Notes under the pieces: generated by a model
Told to the model about the DNA's origin: nothing
What the model saw: only the letters and a program-made list of their open reading frames with translations
Databases searched by the model: none
Program-made: the position numbers and the translations under genes
Shown here: in pieces, positions 57,698-64,000 of the stretch
How the letters are laid out: the number at the start of each line of letters is the position of its first letter
How positions within the stretch are numbered: the first letter of the stretch is position 1
Source: Candidatus Magasanikiibacteriota bacterium
Lineage (GTDB): Bacteria > Patescibacteriota > Patescibacteriia > Magasanikbacterales > UBA922
Assembly: GCA_014729395.1 (NCBI GenBank)
Contig: WJJZ01000010.1
Location: 23,901 to 87,900, forward strand
Length of the DNA stretch: 64,000 bases
Direction of reading: 5' to 3'

Positions 57698-58894
57698 TTA
57701 AGCTATATATAATTTTTCCAATCTTTCAACATACTCTTTTTGTCCCAGTCCTTCTAAAAATTTGGCGGTACCATTGCTCATTTGATCAACTCTATCCCTG
57801 TTTTTAAAACACCACTCTATTCTTTCTTTTAGGGAATCCTTGTCACCGGCTTTAAAAGTCCAGCCGTTTTCTCCGGCTTGAATTAGCTCGGCAATACCTT
57901 CTATATCACTCGCCAAGACCGGAATACCAAAAGAAAAACTCTCAAATATTACAGTCGGTGAATTCTCATAGCATAAAGAAGGTACAATCATAACATCCAT
58001 TTTTTTAAATATTTCAGGCAAATTTTCTCTTGCTATGCGACCATAAATTTTTATATCGGATGAATTGGCCGGAATCTTTTTTATATCCTTAAGTTTTGAG
58101 CCATCACCAACAACATGAAGGTTTACCGGAACAAAATTTTCCTTTTTAAATTCCAAAAAAGTATCCACTAAAAAAGGAACGCCCTTGTGTTCTTCAATTT
58201 GGCCTAAATACAAAAAATTCAATATTTCGCTATCTTTGTATCCTTGTATCTTGGCGTGCTGCTCAAACGTTATCGGATTTCTAAGCATCACCCTTTTTGA
58301 ATTGGGGAAAAAACCTCGTTTATGATAAAAATCCAACAAAAACTGAGATGGAGAAATTACTACGTCAGGTGAACCAAGCAATACCTTCATAAGCCAGGAA
58401 TAAATTTTTACATGAATTCCCGTATAACGCCAATCGTCTTGTTTTTCTTTTAAAATTATACCGCTCGGTTCAACCAGCTGAACGTCGTGAACAGTATGAA
58501 AATGTCTTAAATTAAGTCTTCTAATTATCCATGGTGTTAAAAATCCCAAACCCATAAAATTATGAGTATGAACGACATCGGGATTTTCTTTTATTAAAAT
58601 TTTTTTAATATATCCGGCTGATCCGAAATGAAAAATATCTATGACATGCCAAATTAACCTTTTAAACCAATGGTAATTATGAGCTTCAGTATAAAAAAAG
58701 AGGTTTTTTGGTCTAAACCTATACGTTGTCAACCTTGTATCCATTTCACAATACGAACCTCCGGCCGGTGATGTGGTAATTACAACCACTTCATGATCCT
58801 TTTTTAACAAACCATTCACAGTTTTTGCCACTACTTGCTCAGCGCCTCCACGGGCATATGGCGGATAAAGATTGTTTATTATACATATTTTCAT
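57698..58894 (-). CDS. Glycosyltransferase family 4
   Basis: YPP..RGGAE, PDVVHTHN, KGV, PS..YENSP..IFES...GIPVLAS. Confidence 0.92.
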   Translation of the reverse strand: MKICIINNLYPPYARGGAEQVVAKTVNGLLKKDHEVVVITTSPAGGSYCEMDTRLTTYRFRPKNLFFYTEAHNYHWFKRLIWHVIDIFHFGSAGYIKKILIKENPDVVHTHNFMGLGFLTPWIIRRLNLRHFHTVHDVQLVEPSGIILKEKQDDWRYTGIHVKIYSWLMKVLLGSPDVVISPSQFLLDFYHKRGFFPNSKRVMLRNPITFEQHAKIQGYKDSEILNFLYLGQIEEHKGVPFLVDTFLEFKKENFVPVNLHVVGDGSKLKDIKKIPANSSDIKIYGRIARENLPEIFKKMDVMIVPSLCYENSPTVIFESFSFGIPVLASDIEGIAELIQAGENGWTFKAGDKDSLKERIEWCFKNRDRVDQMSNGTAKFLEGLGQKEYVERLEKLYIA

Positions 58895-59096
58895 ACAAAA
58901 CTAATTATAGGCAGTTGTGGGCTTTTTTGCAACTTGAACACAGTTTGAACACAATGTATCAAGATTTCCGTTGAAGAAAAAAAGGAAATCAGGTAAGATA
59001 TTAAAACAAAACCGTTAACTAGAGAATGGAAACCGGCTGATTGGTTTTTTATAACTGATCAAGCTTCAATCACCAGCCACTAATCATCCAACTTAT

Positions 59097-60542
59097 ATGC
59101 CCGACATCACCGACATAGAAAAAATTCCCCCACAAAACCTGGAAGCGGAAATGTCTTTACTGGGCTCTATTTTGCTTGATAAAGATGCTATGATAAAAAT
59201 TGCCGATATGGTTGATATGGCTGATTTTTACAGTAATGCCAATGCAAACATATTTGAAACCATGACCGAATTGTACAATAAAAATGAGGTTATTGATGTA
59301 TTAACTTTAGGTAACAGATTGGAAGAAAAAGGCTTATTAAAAAAAATAGGCGGACGCAGCTATTTGGTAGAATTATCAAATACTACACCAACCGCCACTC
59401 ATATAAAACAATACGCTGAAATAATTAGACGCAAGTCCACATTAAGAAAATTATTAAAGGCTGCGCATGAAATTACGGGCTTGGGCTACAAAGAAGATGT
59501 TGAGGATGTTGATTCTTTATTGGACGAAGCTCAACAATCTATTTATTCAGTCACACAAAAGCATCTTAAAAAAACATTCTCACCCATTAGAGGTGTATTA
59601 AATAATGCATTTGAAAGAATTGATGAATTACACCGAGAAAAAGGTAAATTACGCGGTGTACCGACAGGTTTTTCACAACTTGATAATCTGTTGGCCGGTA
59701 TGCAGAAATCAGATCTCATAATTTTGGCGGCCAGGCCCTCTGTTGGTAAAACCGCCTTTGTCTTGGACATTGCCAGAAATGTTGCTGTCAGATCAAAAAA
59801 GACTGTTGGAATTTTTTCACTTGAAATGAGCAAGGAGCAGCTGGTAGATAGAATGCTTTGTGCGGAAGCGGGTGTTGATTTGTGGAAAATGAGAACGGGA
59901 AATTTGTCTGATAAACCGGGTAGTGATGATTTCCCCAAGATTGGTCAAGCAATGGGTGTTTTGTCAGAAGCTTCGGTGTTTATCGATGACACGCCCGGAA
60001 ATACAGTCATGCAAATACGAACCAAAGCCAGGCGACTCCAAGCTGAACACGGTCTGGGCCTAATGATAATCGACTATATGCAGCTCATGGAATCTCATTC
60101 AAGGCGATCATCGGATAGCCGAGTTCAAGAGGTGGCTGAAATGAGTAGAAATTTAAAGGGAATAGCCAGAGAATTGAATGTTCCGGTTCTGGCTTTGTCT
60201 CAGCTTTCTAGAGCTGTAGAACAAACAAAACCGGCCATACCAAAGTTGTCACATCTCCGTGAATCTGGTAGTATTGAACAAGATGCAGACGTTGTGATGT
60301 TTATATATAGAAAAGCGGCTGACCGTAATTATCGTCTTGAGGACATACCACCTGATGAAAGACATATCGCTGAAATTCATATTGCAAAGCATAGAAACGG
60401 GCCTACCGGACAGGTAAAATTATTCTTTGATGAAACCAGAGCCAGTTTCAAAAATCTGGATACGCATTTTGAAAAAACAGCCCCACCTCCACCGCAAAAT
60501 CAAGCAAAACCCCATTCAGAACCGGCAGTACCAAAGTTTTAA
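59097..60542 (+). CDS. dnaB: Replicative DNA helicase
   Basis: PPQNLEAE, AARPSVGKT, FSLEM, IDYMQL, LRESGSIEQDAD, KHRNGP. Confidence 0.97.
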   Translation: MPDITDIEKIPPQNLEAEMSLLGSILLDKDAMIKIADMVDMADFYSNANANIFETMTELYNKNEVIDVLTLGNRLEEKGLLKKIGGRSYLVELSNTTPTATHIKQYAEIIRRKSTLRKLLKAAHEITGLGYKEDVEDVDSLLDEAQQSIYSVTQKHLKKTFSPIRGVLNNAFERIDELHREKGKLRGVPTGFSQLDNLLAGMQKSDLIILAARPSVGKTAFVLDIARNVAVRSKKTVGIFSLEMSKEQLVDRMLCAEAGVDLWKMRTGNLSDKPGSDDFPKIGQAMGVLSEASVFIDDTPGNTVMQIRTKARRLQAEHGLGLMIIDYMQLMESHSRRSSDSRVQEVAEMSRNLKGIARELNVPVLALSQLSRAVEQTKPAIPKLSHLRESGSIEQDADVVMFIYRKAADRNYRLEDIPPDERHIAEIHIAKHRNGPTGQVKLFFDETRASFKNLDTHFEKTAPPPPQNQAKPHSEPAVPKF

Positions 60543-60642
60543 AAAGCCTAAAAAATCAGAAAGGCCAAAAAGGCTTGAAAGGCTCCGGTTACCAACCGTT
60601 TTGTAGCCTTTTAAGCATTTCCGGCATTTTAAGCCTTTTAAG
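60541..60642. repeat. Intergenic hairpin of ~9-nt periodic repeats
   Basis: aaaagccta-aaaaatcag-aaaggccaa-aaaggcttg-aaaggc versus gcctttta-agcatttcc-ggcatttta-agcctttta. Confidence 0.7.
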
Positions 60643-60651
60643 TATTTATAT

Positions 60652-60954
60652 ATGTTCAACAAACTAAAACAATTTAAAGATTTACGCTCACAAGCAAAAG
60701 ATCTTCAAAGCAAATTAGCCGAAGAGACAATTACTGTTTCTGAAGCAGGTGGAAAAGTAAAAATGACCATGGATGGTAATCTAAAAATTACCGACTTGGA
60801 TATTGATAAAGAAATGCTGAATCCCGATAAAAAACAAAAACTTGAATCAGCCATTAAGGACGCCCATGCAAGTGCTACAAAGAAAATGCAAAGAACAATG
60901 GCGACCAAAATGAAAGAAATGGGCGGACTCCCGGAAATACCGGGAATGTCCTAA
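60652..60954 (+). CDS. ybaB: YbaB/EbfC nucleoid-associated protein
   Basis: Family pattern (LQ.KL..E....GG.VK..MDG); lies upstream of recR. Confidence 0.88.
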   Translation: MFNKLKQFKDLRSQAKDLQSKLAEETITVSEAGGKVKMTMDGNLKITDLDIDKEMLNPDKKQKLESAIKDAHASATKKMQRTMATKMKEMGGLPEIPGMS

Positions 60955-61006
60955 GCATACGAAATAAAAAAACACAGATACTCACTCCTGTTATGTTTTG
61001 TAAATT

Positions 61007-61609
61007 ATGGCTTATTCAAGTCCGATAGAAAATTTAATACAAGCTTTTTCCAAACTTCCTTCAGTGGGTCAAAAAACTGCTGAAAGGTTTGTTTTTTATT
61101 TACTGAAATCAGGTAAAAAAGATGTTGCACAATTAACTCTGGCTCTAAAAGAATTAATTCAAAATATAAAAAGTTGTGAACAATGTTGGGATTTTACTGA
61201 TTCTGAAATTTGCAGTGTATGTTCGGATAGATCGAGAGATCAATCCATTATCTGCGTAGTTAGCGAACCCCAAGGTGTCCAGGTAATAGAAAAAACAAAT
61301 GAATATAATGGACTTTATCATGTATTACGCGGCACAATTAGAGCTGACGATATAGATAGTCATAAATATTTAAAAATTGATGAGTTAATGAAAAGAATCA
61401 AATTGCAAAAAACCAAAGAAATTGTCTTGGCAATGAACCCCGACATCAATGGAGAAACTACGATGATGTTTTTGGAAAATCAGATAAAACAACTGGATCC
61501 CGGTGCCAAAGTAACCAGACTTGTGCGTGGCCTGCCCATGGGGGCGGATTTGCATTATGCCGATGAAATAACTCTAGCCAGTGCATTGAAAAACAGAATT
61601 GAAAACTAA
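61007..61609 (+). CDS. recR: Recombination protein RecR
   Basis: LPSVGQKTAER, C4 zinc finger, YHVLRG, GETT, RGLPMG. Confidence 0.95.
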   Translation: MAYSSPIENLIQAFSKLPSVGQKTAERFVFYLLKSGKKDVAQLTLALKELIQNIKSCEQCWDFTDSEICSVCSDRSRDQSIICVVSEPQGVQVIEKTNEYNGLYHVLRGTIRADDIDSHKYLKIDELMKRIKLQKTKEIVLAMNPDINGETTMMFLENQIKQLDPGAKVTRLVRGLPMGADLHYADEITLASALKNRIEN

Positions 61610-61616
61610 AAAAAGT

Positions 61617-61642
61617 AAAAACCGTTGCAGTACAACGGTTTT
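61617..61642. terminator. Bidirectional terminator
   Basis: AAAACCGTTG-CAGTA-CAACGGTTTT between convergent recR and rplU. Confidence 0.7.
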
Positions 61643-61654
61643 ATTATTACTCTT

Positions 61655-61969
61655 TTATTTTGCTTCTTTGACTTTGATTTTGGTGTAATGCTGCCTGTGC
61701 CCTTTTACTCGTTTATATCGGACCTTTCTTTTAAACTTAACGACCCTGACTTTTTTATTTCTACCCTGTTCCTCTACTGTTGCGGCAATACTGACACCAT
61801 CCAAATAAGGTTTACCGATTTTTACATCTGAACCATCATCTTTGGCAAGTAGCAAAACTTTATCAAAAACAATATCTTGACCGGGTTCGCCTTCAACTTT
61901 TTCAATCTTTATACTATCTCCGGTCTTTATTAAGTATTGCTTTCCACCATTATCTATTACTGCAATCAT
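61655..61969 (-). CDS. rplU: 50S ribosomal protein L21
   Basis: AVI..GGKQY, GHRQ.YT. Confidence 0.95.
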   Translation of the reverse strand: MIAVIDNGGKQYLIKTGDSIKIEKVEGEPGQDIVFDKVLLLAKDDGSDVKIGKPYLDGVSIAATVEEQGRNKKVRVVKFKRKVRYKRVKGHRQHYTKIKVKEAK

Positions 61970-62069
61970 ATTTAGTAAAATTATTTATAATATTGGGAAA
62001 CGCGAATATTATACATAATCAAGGCAAAAATGTCAAGAATAAAGCAACAAACAATATAATATATAATAA

Positions 62070-62540
62070 TTATTCGCTTATGACTTTGATATTATCGCCT
62101 ATATTTAGATTATTTTCATCAACCCACCCGGCCGGTATTTCCAGTACAATATTTGCCTCGGTTCGTGGTGCGTATTTTTTCAAAGCCCCTTCACTTACAT
62201 TCGGTTCAACAGGCACATTTGGTGCTATATCGACAATAGTATTTCCTTTTATCCACACAATATCGATTGAAAACTTCATATCCCTCATTACAATTATCGG
62301 TTTCTCCTCACCTCTAAATAAAAACAACATAGCGTCTTTATCACCAAGTGATTCTCGTCCACCCAGACCCTTATACAAATGATAAGGTGTCTTGGCTACC
62401 AGTACCTCTAGCTCCTCACCTTTTAATTCAATTACCGCTTCAGGCCATCGTAATTGAAGTAAGTTAATAATCAAAAAAGAAAGTAGAAATAATCCAAGTA
62501 TTATTAACTGAAATTTTGTTAATTTTCTTTTCTTTTTCAT
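62070..62540 (-). CDS. DUF192 domain protein
   Basis: GLGGRESL...AMLFLF...MRDMKFSIDIVW...VLEIPAG. Confidence 0.85.
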   Translation of the reverse strand: MKKKRKLTKFQLIILGLFLLSFLIINLLQLRWPEAVIELKGEELEVLVAKTPYHLYKGLGGRESLGDKDAMLFLFRGEEKPIIVMRDMKFSIDIVWIKGNTIVDIAPNVPVEPNVSEGALKKYAPRTEANIVLEIPAGWVDENNLNIGDNIKVISE

Positions 62541-63607
62541 GACAATTTTCTATTATTTTTCTCTTTTAATGAAAACCAAAAACCGACCAGCAACATAAGT
62601 AATAACAAGAACATCAGTGCAATCAATTTTTGAGAGCTTTGTAAAAACAATGTCGTTAAACCAAACAAAAAAGATATTGAATACATTAATAAAACCGCCT
62701 GTTTTTGCGAAAGACCGGACTCCAACAATTTAAAATGTAAATGTTCTTTGTCACCGATATAAATCGGCTGTTTTCTTTGAAATCTTTTGATGAAAACTCT
62801 GACTACATCAAGCATAGGAATACCTACAACCAATAAAGTGGTGGCAATTTTACCACCTGATATTATTGCCAATGAACCCAACATAAAACCCGTAAACAAA
62901 CTCCCGCCTTCACCTAAAAAAATTTTAGCCGGATGCCAATTCCATACCAAAAACCCCAAAACCGCACCGGTTAAAATAATTGACAACAAGGCAATCTCGG
63001 GTTGAAACCATTGTTTTTGTAAACTCAGAAAAAAAACCATCAAAGCCCCAATACTAACAATTCCGGCCACCAGTCCATCCAAGCCATCTAAAAATTTTGT
63101 TGTAAACATCATGCCCAAAAGCCAAAAAAATACCAATATATCCGCAACTACTACCCAATTACCCAATCCATCAATCGGTATTTTAATTATATCCAAAGAA
63201 ATAACACCCCCAAGTGGATTGGTAATAATATGAGGGCCAATCCCAAAGGCAATAATACTTAGGGCTGCTAAAATTGGAAAAATGATTTGAATTCTAGCTC
63301 TCAGAGAATATTTATCATCCAAAAAACCACCAATCATTAAAATAATACTCCCTACAAAAAGTCCATAAATCTGCTTTGCTGTAATATCACCACCGAATTT
63401 ATTACCTACAAAGTGTAAATAAAAAATCACTATAAAGAAAGATGAAAAAATTGCCAAACCACCCCCCAAAGGAATTTTTTTCTTGTGAATTTTTCGAGAT
63501 TTTGCCTTTGGTTTATCAATTATTTGCCAAGTGATCATTATATGCCGGACTACCGCTGTCAAAATAACCGATAACAAAAAAGTTAACAGGAAATAACCAA
63601 TATACAT
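62537..63607 (-). CDS. MraY/WecA(TagO) family polyprenyl-phosphate sugar-1-phosphate transferase
   Basis: PLGGG, GFLDD, FLDGLDGL, PAKIFLGE.GS, D..HLH. Confidence 0.9.
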   Translation of the reverse strand: MYIGYFLLTFLLSVILTAVVRHIMITWQIIDKPKAKSRKIHKKKIPLGGGLAIFSSFFIVIFYLHFVGNKFGGDITAKQIYGLFVGSIILMIGGFLDDKYSLRARIQIIFPILAALSIIAFGIGPHIITNPLGGVISLDIIKIPIDGLGNWVVVADILVFFWLLGMMFTTKFLDGLDGLVAGIVSIGALMVFFLSLQKQWFQPEIALLSIILTGAVLGFLVWNWHPAKIFLGEGGSLFTGFMLGSLAIISGGKIATTLLVVGIPMLDVVRVFIKRFQRKQPIYIGDKEHLHFKLLESGLSQKQAVLLMYSISFLFGLTTLFLQSSQKLIALMFLLLLMLLVGFWFSLKEKNNRKLS

Positions 63608-63717
63608 AACTATCAATGTTTTAGGTTCCTCGAACTTTACTAAATTAGTATTATTTGGTATTTTCTAATATATCGCAACATCAAAGATCTTTCAATTTTA
63701 AATCAAAGGAGTGAGTC

Positions 63718-64000
63718 ATGTCTCAAGAACATAGAAAAAATACGTCAGAAAACCAGAATAATTTCTATCTTTTTGTTGATTATGAACGAATCGTTCGTGT
63801 ATTCTTTCATCCTAGAGATATCACATGCGCAGTAATGGCATTATTTAAAATATCCGGAGTACTGAATGAAAAAAATGATTCAGAAAAACTAAAAAAGATA
63901 GAAGTTGAAAAAGGAGATCCGGAAACTATTATAATAGCTGTTCATTTTATTAAATCTGTCAGTATTGATGAGGACAACAACGAAACCTGCATGGAGATAG
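63718..64000 (+). CDS. Hypothetical protein (3' truncated by window)
   Basis: ATG at 63718 with AAGGAG SD; frame open to the window end. Confidence 0.55.
   Translation, partial: MSQEHRKNTSENQNNFYLFVDYERIVRVFFHPRDITCAVMALFKISGVLNEKNDSEKLKKIEVEKGDPETIIIAVHFIKSVSIDEDNNETCMEI

Noticed and set aside
1138-63005. Numerous short antisense or overlapping ORFs in the ORF track (e.g. 1138-1455, 10468-10836, 18580-19134, 56885-57451)
   Set aside because: Shadows of well-supported genes on the other strand or frame, with no independent motifs
1-64000. Alternative genetic code (TGA=Gly as in Gracilibacteria/SR1)
   Set aside because: Conserved genes are full length under code 11 and several end in TGA (copB, era, dnaX)

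Overview
AT-rich bacterial chromosome segment using genetic code 11 (TGA used as stop). Gene content and the general lack of Shine-Dalgarno motifs on core genes suggest a Patescibacteria/CPR (Parcubacteria/ABY1-like) organism; this is an inference. Left end (1-4.4 kb): a restriction-modification/defence cluster with an NgoFVII-like endonuclease (partial), an intact LexA repressor fused in frame to a C5-cytosine methyltransferase, Vsr, DUF3800 and Mrr. Then accessory genes, CopB, a VirB4/TraG-like ATPase, folD, tRNA-Gln(CTG), dnaX and dus. A cobalamin riboswitch precedes a three-gene putative B12-capture operon with transcobalamin-like domains. After it come a GC-richer SF2 helicase with 61-aa repeats, pyrG, rplI, era, late riboflavin genes, ctpA, murA, a long rhamnose/glycosyltransferase cluster, Nudix/HIT genes, two GT-C-like paralogs, two pentapeptide-repeat genes, dnaB-ybaB-recR, rplU and a WecA/MraY-type gene. 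Most notable: (1) the LexA-MTase fusion; (2) the riboswitch-controlled B12 system; (3) recurring intergenic hairpins built from 7-9-nt periodic repeats, one enclosing a four-helix-bundle gene and two carrying an identical 20-bp palindrome; (4) an orphan structured RNA with its own promoter and terminator at about 5.56-5.70 kb; (5) self-contained AGGAGG-bearing accessory cassettes. All family calls come from motif recognition, not database searches.
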